The translations under genes were made by a program, and so were the position numbers. Positions 1-10,450 of a stretch of DNA of 32,000 nt are shown one piece after another. Origin of the DNA: Candidatus Saccharimonadota bacterium (GTDB lineage: Bacteria > Patescibacteriota > Gracilibacteria > BD1-5 > UBA6164); NCBI GenBank assembly GCA_965229705.1, contig OZ245922.1:840001-872000 (forward strand). The letters are read 5' to 3'. The notes under the pieces are model-generated. The model was not told the DNA's origin. It saw only the letters and a list, made by a program, of their open reading frames with translations, and did not search any database. The stretch's first letter is position 1. Each line of letters starts with the position of its first letter.

Positions 1-301
1 TTTTCTACAATATGTATATGTATTTACAGTGTATCATATATTTATTAAGAGAACAAATATTTAAATATAGTAGTAGTAATAATAGTTCTTGTGAAAAACC
101 TGAGTCCCATAATAAAGCGAAAAAAATAAGACTTTTTTTCCATTTTTTCAGAGAAATATTTCTCTATATTGTGTATTTTGCAAAGGATATTAAGAGATAT
201 TATAGAGTTTTTTACAAAAGTTTTCTTCTTTCTTTGACTTGCTTTTACTTTCATAAAAGTATGATAAAAATGTGTAAGATAATTTTTAAAGTGTTTTGTA
301 T

Positions 302-1570
302 ATGCAAGAGTGAAAAAATAGAGTTTTTCTGAATTTTATCATTGTTTTGACATCTTTTTTGCTGGGATTGTGAATTTCTCATATATTCTATACACAGAAA
401 CTGGCACATAAAGATATCGAGACTCGATTTTTAGGAACTTCCTACAATCTTGATATGCAAGAGTTTTGGGATGTATATCAGCTGATATGAGATGAGTTTT
501 TTTCTCAAGATGGCGTGAAGAAACAAGACCTTGTATATGGCGCAATAGAGTGAATGGTTGCAGCTCTATGAGATGAACATAGTGAGTTTTTTTCTCCAAG
601 TGCGACAGAAAAGTTTCATACTTCGCTCTCATGAGATTTTGAGGGAATAGGAGCCGTAGTAGAGAAAGTTCCTCTTTGAGTAAAAATTGAAAGAATTTTC
701 AAAGGTTCTCCCGCAAAAAAATATGGACTCTTTTCCGGAGACATCCTGATCTCTGCAAATGGTGAGAGTCTGGTAGGCCTCGATATATTTGATGCGGTTG
801 AAAAGATCAAAGGACCTGCAGGAAGTGAGGTGATTTTAGAGATACTGAGAGTATGAGAAAGTGATATTATAGAGCGAACGGTTGTGCGGGATAAGATACA
901 TATTCCTTCGGTAGAAATAGAAGAAATATGAGAAGATGTTCTCTATATTTCTCTTAATATGTTTGGTGACTCAAGTGTGGAAGAGTTTTGAGAAGCAATT
1001 TCTTTGGCAATATCTTCACAAAAACAAGGACTTATTATTGATCTTAGAGATAATGGCTGATGATATCTCGACAGCGCTGTAAGTATTTTGTCATATTTTA
1101 TAGATACTGGAGAAGTACTGGTAGAGACAAGATATAGAAAATCTTTTCTTGGAAAGACCTATACTTCACAAAAGAATGATCAAAAATATACCGGAAAAAT
1201 AGTTGTACTCATCAATAGAAACTCTGCGAGTGCTTCTGAAATAGTTGCTTGAGCACTCAGAGAGTATCACAAGGCAATTCTTGTAGGAGAAAAAAGTTTT
1301 GGAAAAGGGTCAGTCCAAGAGGCATACAATCTCGTTTCTCAGAGTCTGTTAAAACTTACGGTTGCTCAGTGGTTCACTCCTCAAGGGAAAAACATCGAAG
1401 ATGAGGGAATACAGCCAGATATAGAAGTATTTTTTGAGTGAGAGGATTTTGAAAATGACTATGATAGACAGCTAGAGGAGGCAAAAAAAGTTCTTCGTAT
1501 GTTTCAGGTAGAAAACACTCTTTGACTTACTTTGGAGAAATATCATGAGGAGAATAGTAAAGAAGAGTAA
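302..1570 (+). CDS. S41 family carboxyl-terminal processing peptidase (Ctp/Prc-like) with N-terminal membrane anchor and PDZ region
   Basis: Read with TGA=Gly from ATG 302 to TAA 1568-1570, 422 aa. N-terminal TM NFIIVLTSFLLGLGISHIFY. PDZ-like GSPAKKYGLFSGDILISANG. S41 motifs DLRDNGGGYL (both central G are TGA), NRNSASASEIVAGAL and GEKSFGKGSVQ. In-frame TAA at 287-289 bounds the start. Confidence 0.85.
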
Positions 1571-1600
1571 TTTTTGAGGGGTAAGAAAGTTCTGAGTATG

Positions 1601-1631
1601 AACACCGGGCTGTAGCCCGGTGTTGTTTTTT
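1601..1631 (+). terminator. Rho-independent terminator after the peptidase gene
   Basis: Perfect 10-bp stem aacaccgggc/gcccggtgtt with loop tgta, followed by gttttttg. Confidence 0.8.
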
Positions 1632-1685
1632 GCGTGTTTGGAGGAAATCATAAGAAAAAAGATTCAAAATATCAGTCACAAAAAA

Positions 1686-1713
1686 TTGCATCCTTTATCT
1701 ATTCCTATACAAT
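1686..1713 (+). promoter_or_regulatory. Candidate sigma70-type promoter for glyA
   Basis: TTGCAT (1686-1691), 16-nt spacer, TACAAT (1708-1713). Would give a 5' leader of about 150 nt before the glyA ATG. Confidence 0.35.
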
Positions 1714-1867
1714 ACACGGAGTTATACATTATGGAAAAAATATGAACTACCTCTATACAACAAAGCTTGTACTCTTAGGATAATACCATACTCCCTTTCT
1801 CTATCCTGTTAGAAATACTGCTATCAGGATGGAGATTTTTTATATATTATTTTTTTATATTTTCCCT

Positions 1868-3202
1868 ATGAACTATTATAATCAATTCCAACATCTCCAA
1901 AAAACAGACCCCGAACTCTTCTGACTCATACAACAAGAAACCGAGAGGCAAGAAAGCTCTCTCGAACTCATACCCAGCGAATGCGTTGCGAGTCTCGCAA
2001 CCATAGAATGTTTATGAAGTCCTTTTACCAATAAGTACTCTGAATGATACGCAGGAAAGAGATACTATGGAGGAAACGATGTAGTAGATAAGGTTGAAAC
2101 TCTTGCTATTGAAAGAGCAAAAAAACTTTTTGGAGTTGCGTATGTCAATGTGCAACCCTATTCTGGAAGTCCCGCAAATTTTGCAGTATATAATGCTCTA
2201 TGTCAAGCGTGAGATACTACCATGTGACTCTCTCTTACTCAGTGAGGACACCTCACACATGGCTGGAACGCATCGGCAACGGGAAAGTTCTTTACTCCCG
2301 TTTTATATGGACTCAATGAGGAAGGATATATCGATATGGATGAGGTAGAAAAACTTGCGAAAGAACATCAACCAAAACTTATTTGGTGTGGAACAACAGC
2401 GTATTCACGAGAAGTAGATTTTGAGAGATTTGGAAAAATAGCTGACAGTATCGGAGCATATCTCGTAGCAGATATATCACATATTTCATGACTTGTTGCC
2501 GCGAGAGCTCATAAGAGTCCTGTCGATTATGTACATCTCATCACTACTACCACACATAAAACTCTGAGAGGACCACGAGGAGGAATGATCATGACCACAC
2601 AAAAAGGAATAGATAAAAATCCTGATCTCGCAAAAATGATAGATAAGTCTGTCTTTCCTGGACTTCAGGGCTGACCACACAATCACCAGACCCTCGCTAT
2701 TGCCTGTGCTCTTGGAGAAGCACTTAAACCGGCGTTTTGAGAAATGGCTCATCAAATTGTAAAAAATGCAAAAACTCTTGCAGCAGAACTTCTTTCCTAT
2801 GGTTACGAGTTGGCAGCTGGAGGAACTGACAATCATCTTATATTGATGTCTGTGGGGAAAGGGCGTGGTCAGTTTGCTCAGGATGCCCTTGATATTGCTG
2901 GTATTACCCTCAACAAAAACACTATTCCCAATGAACCATGTTCTCCATTTTTTCCATCAGGGATTCGCATGGGAACACCTATTATGACGATGAGGGGAAT
3001 GAAAGAAGATGATATGAAGCAGGTAGCTTCATGGATGAAAAGAGTCTTTGATGAGATTATTGGTTTTGATCATCTTGAAGACAAAGAATCTCGAAAACAG
3101 CAAAAAGCAGAGTTTCAAGAATTTATCAAAAACAATGATGAGTTGAAAAAAATACGATGAGAAATAGGAGAATTTTGTAAGAATTTTCCTATTTATTCGT
3201 AG
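1868..3202 (+). CDS. glyA: Serine hydroxymethyltransferase
   Basis: 444 aa with TGA=Gly, ends TAG 3200-3202. Motifs [25 protein letters not shown] (G=TGA), [24 protein letters not shown] (PLP lysine), FPGLQGGPHNH. The track shows only fragments 2094..2348 and 2744..3160. Confidence 0.95.
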
Positions 3203-3256
3203 GATTTTTTTCAATATACGAATACTTCCAAAATATATTTCTCGTCTTCACAGCTA

Positions 3257-4330
3257 ATGGAATTATGGACATACATACTTAGCTTTGCTCTTTCACTTAT
3301 ACTCTCGTATACTATGGTACAAGCTCTTTCATGTCTATTTCATCACTATAACATAGTAGACAATCCAGAAAAGTACAAAAAAAAGAGACCCCCCATTCCA
3401 TATAGTATGGGAATCGTATTTATTTTGTGTTTTCTTCCTTTAAGTTATTTTTTTGTTGATTTTTCCTATAAACTCTTTTTATTATGGGTATTTTGAATCA
3501 TTATTAGTCTTGTGAGTTTTGGAGATGATATGCTCGGTCTATCCCCTAAAATACGTCTCTGTATTCAAGTACTTATAGGGCTTACTATAGGACTGACTTC
3601 TATAAAAATTGGTTATGTAAGCAATATATTTGGGGGCATTATCGATTTGGATACATGGGCCTTTAATATTTTAGGAAAGGATATTTTTCTTATACCTGTT
3701 TTTTTTACGGTTGCCTGGTATGTTTTTGTATTTAATGCGCTGAATTGGTCAGATGGAATAGGAGGAAACACCTCGGGATTATCACTTATTTGCTTTCTCG
3801 TTATTTTTCTCCTTGGACTTAAACTGTATCTGACAGATGATCAGTCCGCTCTCAAAAATAATGCTGAATTTATCATGCAAATATCCCTTATTCTTGCTGG
3901 AATACTTATTCCTTTTTTCTTCTTTGATTATAAAGAAAAGATCCTTATGTGAGACTCGGGGACAATGTTTCTTGCGTTTATGTTGGCAAGTTTAGCCATC
4001 ATTTCCTGAGGAAAAATAGCAACAGTATTAGCAGTCTTTGGGATATATGCGGTTGATGCGGTATATGTGATTGTGAGGAGAATTATCAGGTGAGACAATC
4101 CTATGAAAGGAGATTTTACACATTTTCATCATCGTCTACAGGAAATAGGGTTTTCTCATTTACATATCTTGATGCTGATATTTTTTCTTTCATTTTTCTT
4201 TGGAGTATCTTCACTATTTTTAGAGAAAGGAGGAAAAATAATAGTATTGTGCATTATTGCTATATGTGTCGTATCTCTCTCACATTTTGGGAAATATATA
4301 GCATCCTACAAAAACCCAAGAGATATATAA
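3257..4330 (+). CDS. Glycosyltransferase family 4 polyprenyl-phosphate sugar-1-phosphate transferase (WecA/MraY family)
   Basis: 357 aa polytopic membrane protein. Track fragments 3257, 3512 and 4103 are all in the same frame and joined by TGA. Motifs NALNWSDGIGG (NxxNxxDGxDG), MGDSGTMFLAF, HFHHRL. Confidence 0.8.
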
Positions 4331-4351
4331 ATATATTGTTTACATTGTTAT

Positions 4352-5323
4352 ATGAAAATCGCATTTTTTTGAACTCCGGAGTTTGCTGCAAATATCCTTG
4401 AATGAATAGTATGTTTTTCTCAGATAGATTGCGCTCTCGTAGTTTCTCAGGCAGATAAAAAAGTATGACGAAACAGGTATCTCGAAAAAACAGCTGTAAA
4501 ATGCATGGCTGAAAATCATGATATTGTTATAGTTCAACCAGACAAAATCAAAAAAAATAAGGATTTTCATGATATGCTTCGTGAGCAAGATTTGGACTTC
4601 ATTGTGGTGGTTGCGTATGGAAAAATGATTCCTCAAGATATACTAGATATTCCAAAATATGGTTGTATCAATCTTCATGGAAGTATACTTCCTCGTTATC
4701 GTTGAGCAAGTCCTGTTCAAGCAGCTATAAAATCATGAGACACAGAAACCTGACTCACGACGATGTATATGTCCTCAGCAATGGATGAGTGAGATATTTT
4801 AAAAACAGTAAAGATTTCCATAGGATCAGCAGATACGCCCGAAGATATTTTTCGTGCATTTGTAGAATACGGACCGCAACTTTTATATGATACACTTCAA
4901 GAAATTGTTTCTGGTAATCTGCGAGGAGTTGCTCAAGACACTGAAAAAGCGACATATTGTTCTCAGATATCTCGAGAAGATGGGGAGGTGTTTTTTACTC
5001 GTCAGTCTTCTCGAGATATATATAATACTTTGCGGGCCTATACTCCCTGGCCATGAATATATACCTCTTATCAGGGAAAGAGACTCATTTTAGAGAAGTG
5101 CTGTGTTGTCGAACGAATTGATCTACGAACAGACCAGTGAGATATAGAGGGAGGTTTATGTGTAGGAAAATGTATCAAGATTGCTAAAAATCGTTATGGG
5201 ATTATGTGTCTTGATGGGAGTATTCTTGAGCTTTTACAAGTGAAGCTTGAGGGGAAAAAATCTCTGGATATACAGAGTTTTGTTAATGGAAATAGAGAAG
5301 TGGAAGGATATATTTTTTCCTAA
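4352..5323 (+). CDS. fmt: Methionyl-tRNA formyltransferase
   Basis: 323 aa. MKIAFFGTPEFA (G=TGA), INLHGSILPRYRGASPVQAAI (G=TGA), TGLTTMYM, C-terminal Fmt domain. Ends TAA 5321-5323. Confidence 0.9.
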
Positions 5324-5326
5324 AAT

Positions 5327-5350
5327 AAAAGCCGGCAATTGCCGGCTTTT
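5327..5350. terminator. Bidirectional intrinsic terminator
   Basis: Perfect palindrome aaaa-gccggc-aatt-gccggc-tt​tt directly after the fmt stop. A/T runs lie on both sides. Confidence 0.8.
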
Positions 5351-5505
5351 ATACAGTTCTGAGTTATGAAAACAAAAATTCAGAAATGAAATGCAACTTT
5401 TAGATAAGAGTATATTTTATAAAATAGGAGAATATTATGTCAAATATTTTTTTCCTACAAGAAATGCAATCTGCACCAATTTCTCTACACTACTCTTTAA
5501 GGAAC

Positions 5506-5594
5506 CTCTGAGAAACTCATTTTTTCTCTCCTTTTACAAAGGAGAGATGGCTCGTGAGAGCTAGAGCGGATTGAAGATTTTTTGTTTTTCAAAG
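5506..5594 (+). ncRNA. Unclassified structured RNA element, copy 1 (5' of the ABC-2 permease gene)
   Basis: 89 nt, gap-free alignment to 17691-17779 with most positions identical. Outer stem ctctgagaaac/gtttttcaaag, 9-bp hairpin tctctcctt-ttaca-aaggagaga, and 5-bp hairpin ggctc-GUGA-gagcu with a GNRA loop. G-U pairs exist only if the + strand is transcribed. Ends 34 nt before ATG 5629. Confidence 0.45.
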
Positions 5595-5628
5595 CCTCCT
5601 TAAAACTTATACACTTAGGATATTTCCT

Positions 5629-6390
5629 ATGCTCAATATCGCCATAAATACCTTTAAAGAAATTGCGAGAAACAGGCTCCTCTACCTCATAGTATTTTTT
5701 GCCTTTGTATTTATCATATTTTCCCTTATTCTCGGACAATTCACGATAGCAGAATCAGAGAAGATCATTGTCGACTTTGGGCTCGCTATGATAGAAACAT
5801 TTGGTATCATCTCTGTACTCTTTGTTGGAAGTCAGCTCCTATTTAAAGAAATAGAGGGAAAAACTATTTTTCTGATCCTCTCAAAACCTATAGCGCGCTC
5901 AGAATTTATTATGTGAAAATTTCTCGGTTTTTCGGCTATCATTGCCAGCATTATTTTCCTACAATCACTTGTATATATAACTATGCTCTTTGCCTCATCT
6001 GTTGAGATATCCGCAATAATCGTATGGGCATTACTCTTTACCTTCCTCAAACTCCAAATACTTCTCGGAATCGTATTTTTATTTTCCACCTTTATGAGTC
6101 ATATACTCACGATTGTTTGCTGAATGATGATATACTTTATCAGCCACAGCTACAGTTTGATACTCGATATATTTTGAAGAATGGAAAATGTATCTGCTCT
6201 TGTAAGTGCAAAAGTTTTACACATATTCTTCCCTCCACTCGAAGCCATGAATATCAAGAACTTCATTTGAAGCACTCTTTCTCTTGAAATATCATATTTT
6301 TTGAGCAATATGCTCCATGGATGACTCTATATTGCGTGTTTGATGACATGCACCATCATCATATTTTCTCGTAAAATGTTTGAAGAATAA
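5629..6390 (+). CDS. ABC-2 type transporter permease (NosY-like family); no cognate ATPase gene adjacent
   Basis: 253 aa with about 6 hydrophobic helices. N-terminus MLNIAINTFKEIARNRLLYLIVFF is typical of ABC-2 permeases. Joined across 5 TGA codons, ends TAA 6388-6390. Confidence 0.65.
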
Positions 6391-6438
6391 TTACCAAATT
6401 TCATCACTACTAAGGGGCTACTAACAGTATATCAATAT

Positions 6439-7302
6439 ATGAAAAAGCAGGAATACATAGACTTTGGACTTCATTTTTGACTGAGTCCTGACACTATAGA
6501 AAGGACACTGTGTAAGATTTTTGGTATGACTCCGGAAGATTTTTTTTGTAAAAAAGAGTTTTCCAGTATGCATATATATGAAACGGCAAAAATGTTTTTT
6601 TCACTGAAAAATGGAAAACCAGAATCATATTTGCTTCAAAGTGCAGAGTTTTATGGTCATACATTTCATATACATGATACCGTTCTCATTCCGAGAAATG
6701 ATACAGAAGTTTTAGTAAAAGTATGCCTGGAAACACTTTTGAAAAAAGGAGATACAAAAAATACTTTTTATGTTGATGTATGAACCGGAAGTGCTTGTAT
6801 TGCTATTAGTGTGATAAAAGAGTTAGAGCCTTTGAGATTTACATGATCTTACGCTCTTGATATCTCAGATTCTGCTTTGGAAATCGCAAGAAAAAATATT
6901 GAAAGTCACGAGATTGAGTCATTACACCTACAAAAAAGCAATCTCCTTGAATCACTCTATAACGAAACAGATATACAAGGAAAAAAGCTCTGCATTACTG
7001 CAAATCTCCCATATATCAAAGAAGGAGATTATGAAAACATGGACCAAAGCGTCAGAGACCATGAACCAGATATTGCTCTGTATGGAGGAGCTGAAACAGG
7101 TTTTGAGCTCTATCAAAAACTGATTAAACAGTGTTTTCAGATACAGCAGATTCATGCATTGGAGAGTATCGATCTTTTTATAGAAATAGGTTTTGACCAA
7201 AAAGAATATTCTGAAAAATACCTGCAAGAACTCGGACTCTCGTTTACATATTTTCCTGATAATGCTGGAAAATCAAGGGTTATATATATTTATGGATTTT
7301 AA
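6439..7302 (+). CDS. prmC: Release factor glutamine N5-methyltransferase (HemK/PrmC)
   Basis: 287 aa. FYGHTFHIHDTVLIPRNDTE, SAM-binding VDVGTGSACIAIS (first G=TGA), catalytic NLPY (NPPY variant), EPDIALYGG. Confidence 0.85.
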
Positions 7303-7319
7303 GAGTTTTACGCTAAGTT

Positions 7320-8009
7320 ATGAGTATAGAATCCTACATTCCTGATGAGTCGGCTGAGTCGTGAAGTAATTCGGCAGAGATATCAGAAAAATACAAGCAA
7401 GCAGCCAAGAAGGCACGATCTGGTATTCGGCGAACACAAAAAGATGAAAAAAAGGCAAAAAAATATGATTTTCTCTTGGCAAAGTTTTTGGTAGAGATGA
7501 TTCTTAAGAAAAAATATGATGAGCTTTTAGATGAGCTTTTTTCTTGCTTAGACGCTGGATATGGAACAAATTTTTTGTTGTGAATTTTGTCGCTCATTTA
7601 TCTGCCTATCAGCCAAGAAATTCGTCAGCATGCAGGCAAGAAGGAGCTCGAGTTTTCTTATCAACCTTCTCAAGAAATGCTTCCTTTTGATGACCACCAT
7701 CTTCCAGGAGAAGTGCGTGATAGGGTAAATGCGTGGATAGAAGATATGGAAATAGTGACACATATGGAGGCCTCAACAGAGATCACGCGGCGAACTCTGA
7801 GTCTTATTTTGTATGATGAAAAAATACGTGAGTTTACCGCAAAAGTTTTTTCGTTTTTCTTTCGAGAGATTCGTATACATATCTCTGCCTCAAAGTCTCG
7901 AAGTTATAGTGACTTTATCCTCGAAGAACTTCAAAAAAAGACCAAAAAACTTTTGCCTCTAATAGAAGCAGAGCTAGAGGAAAGTGTGGATGATAGTTCT
8001 GAAAAGTAA
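7320..8009 (+). CDS. Hypothetical protein
   Basis: 229 aa from ATG 7320 to TAA. Extends track ORF 7587..8009 upstream through two TGA codons in the same frame. No family recognised. Confidence 0.5.
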
Positions 8010-8080
8010 GTTTTTATGAGAAAAAAACAAAGGAAATATACTATAATGGCTCTTTTTACTAGCCTCAAAAAAATCACAAT

Positions 8081-8108
8081 TTGACACACACTCTCTTTTC
8101 TATAGAAT
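8081..8108 (+). promoter_or_regulatory. Candidate promoter for fusA
   Basis: TTGACA (8081-8086), 16-nt spacer, TAGAAT (8103-8108), about 90 nt upstream of the fusA ATG. Confidence 0.4.
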
Positions 8109-8195
8109 CTCCGAGCAAAAATATCAAGCTAAAATACAAAAAAATAAGAATTCTAAGCCAAAAACTCAAGAATTCTCACTTTTATTTTTAATCAT

Positions 8196-10334
8196 ATGAT
8201 TATGAGTCAAACGCCCTTAGAGCGAGTAAGAAATATAGGGATTATTGCCCATATTGATGCTGGAAAAACAACTTGTACAGAACGAATTCTCTACTATACA
8301 GGAAAAATACATAAAATAGGTGAAACCCATGATGGTGAATGAACCATGGATTGGATGGAACAAGAGCAAGAAAGAGGTATTACTATCACTTCTGCTGCAA
8401 CAACATGTTTTTGGAAAGATCACCAAATCAACATTATCGATACTCCAGGTCATGTGGACTTTACGATAGAAGTAGAACGGTCACTTCGTGTTCTTGATGG
8501 AGGAGTTGCCGTGTTTGATTGATCTCAAGGTGTAGAACCACAGTCAGAAACAGTATGGAAACAGGCTGATAAATACAATGTTCCACGAATCTGTTTTGTG
8601 AATAAAATGGATAAAATGGGTGGGGATTTTGATATGTCGATTGACACTATCAAAAAGCGCCTTGCCGGAAACAAAGTTGTTGCTATTCAGTACCCTATTG
8701 GTGCGGCAGAAACTTTTGAAGGGATTGTGGACATCATTGAGATGAAGGCATATCATTTTGAGTGAGATAGTGGAGAAAAGGTAACAGAAATAGAAATCCC
8801 TGCAGATGTGAAAGACACAGTAGAGGCGCTCAGACTCGAACTTGTAGAAAAAGTTGCAGAACAAGATGAGGCTCTTATGGAAAAATATTTTTCTGAGGGT
8901 GATCTCAGCGTTGAAGAAATAAAGGTAGGACTTCGAAAAGGAGTATGTGCAAATGAACTTTATGCAGTAACATGTGGTTCAGCGCTACAAAATATCGGAG
9001 TACAAATGGTCATTGATGCTGCTGTTGCATACCTACCAGGACCACTTGATGTGAATGGAGGAATGCTCACGGTTTCAGATATCGATGATGCTGAAAAAAC
9101 AGAAGATATTCAGGTAAGCTCTAGCTCACCACTAGCGGCTCTCGCCTTTAAGATTGCTACGGATCCATTTGTTGGAAAACTGGCATTTGTGAGGGTATAC
9201 GCCGGAACACTCAAATCAGGTTCATATGTATACAATGCTACTAGTGGAGAAAAAGAAAGAGTTGGACGACTTGTACAAATGCACTCAAATTCAAGAGAAG
9301 AAGTGAGTGAGATACAGGCAGGGCATATTGGCGCCGTAATCGGTCTCAAAAATACAAAGACGGGAGACACTCTCTGTGATGTGAATAAAAAATTTCTTGT
9401 AGAATCAATGGAGTTTCCAGAACCAGTGATTTCTATATCAGTAGAGCCAAAGACAAAAGCAGATCAAGAAAAAATGTGACTCGCACTCTCAAAACTTGCA
9501 GAAGAAGATCCATCTTTTCGTGTCAGAACTGATGAAGAAACAGCGCAAACCATTATCTCTGGTATGTGAGAGTTGCACTTAGATATTATCGTTGATCGTA
9601 TGAAGAGAGAGTTCAAGGTGGAGTGTAATGTTGGAGCTCCTCAAGTGGCATACAGAGAAACTATCAAGGCAACAGCAACAGATGTAGAACACAAATACTC
9701 AAAACAAACTGGTGGACGCGGTCAATACGGTCATGTCGTTATTACTTTTGAGCCATATACTCAGGCAGATGAAGATGATGAAAATGGAGTAAAACAAACT
9801 AATAAGTTTATTAACAAGATTGTTTGAGGAGTAATACCAAAAGAGTATATTCCTGGAGTACAAAAAGGTCTCAATGAGGCATATGCTCGAGGATTTCTTG
9901 CAGGATATCCAATGGTGGATATCAAGGCAACTCTGACTTTTGGATCATTTCATGATGTGGATTCTTCGGAGCTCGCGTTTAAGATTGCTGCATCAAAGGC
10001 ATTCCAAGATGCGTGTAGAAAAGCTCAGGCAGTATTGCTTGAACCAGTGATGAAGGTCGAGGTAAATACGCCAGAGGAGTATATGGGAGATGTTATTGGT
10101 CAGATTAACTCAAAGCGTGGACGAATTGAAGAAATGGGAGATAGAGGACAAGCAAAAATTATTAGTTGTTATGTACCACTCTCAGAAATGTTTGGATATG
10201 CAACAGAGCTTCGTTCGGCTTCACAAGGTCGTGCAACCTACGCAATGGAGTTTGATCATTATGAAGAAGTTCCTAGTGGAATTGCTACAAAAATCCGAGA
10301 AGAAAGAGGGTTTCAGCTTCCTGATGATGAATAA
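8196..10334 (+). CDS. fusA: Translation elongation factor G
   Basis: 712 aa. [41 protein letters not shown] and [12 protein letters not shown] (G=TGA at conserved glycines). Five track fragments lie in one frame. Alternative start ATG 8202. Confidence 0.95.
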
Positions 10335-10351
10335 TTAGTGTGATATTTGTA

Positions 10352-10383
10352 AATCTCAAGGAAAAATCCTTGAGATTTTTTTG
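10352..10383 (+). terminator. Rho-independent terminator after fusA
   Basis: Stem atctcaagga/tccttgagat, loop aaaa, then a T run of 7 or more. Confidence 0.8.
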
Positions 10384-10395
10384 TCATTTAAAGAA

Positions 10396-10441
10396 AATAA
10401 AATAAAATATTTCTTGTATACAGGAAATATTTTATTTTATT
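10396..10441. repeat. Long AT-rich inverted repeat (21-nt arms, 4-nt loop)
   Basis: aataaaataaaatatttcttg-tata-caggaaatattttattttatt with one G-U position. Lies between the fusA terminator and ATG 10451. Confidence 0.6.
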
Positions 10442-10450
10442 AAAGATATT

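Noticed and set aside
12-332. 106-aa + strand ORF and overlapping 69-aa - strand ORF (45..254) at the left edge.
   Set aside because: Both are low-complexity Lys/Phe/Ile-rich translations of AT-rich DNA with no motifs. The region is best treated as the intergenic or promoter region upstream of the peptidase gene.
5540-5565. Mini-ORF ATG GCT CGT GAG AGC directly after the AAAGGAGAG string in both repeat copies.
   Set aside because: There is zero spacing between the SD-like string and the ATG. The ORF is 5 codons in copy 1 but 40 or more in copy 2. The AAGGAGAGA is the 3' arm of a 9-bp hairpin.
5530-5580. Possible fluoride (crcB-motif) riboswitch, because of GGAGAGAUGGC...GGAUGA strings upstream of a membrane transporter.
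   Set aside because: The order of helices and conserved nucleotides does not fit the crcB pseudoknot architecture as I remember it. The similarity is limited to short purine-rich strings.
5437-5628. N-terminal extension of the ABC-2 permease. ATG 5437 has a good AGGAG 7 nt upstream and is in frame with ATG 5629 under table 25, running through RNA element copy 1.
   Set aside because: The extension has no TM or signal character. MLNIAINTFKEIARNRL is already a typical ABC-2 N-terminus. The same sequence at 17691-17779 has no start codon and lies between minus-strand terminators, so the conservation is better explained by RNA structure. Not fully excluded.
10411-10424. Shared palindromic core TTGTATACA at 10414-10422 and at the TA promoter (31663-31672), as a possible common operator.
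   Set aside because: A 9-mer of this AT-rich composition recurring once in 64 kb of two-strand sequence is within chance expectation. There is no flanking similarity.
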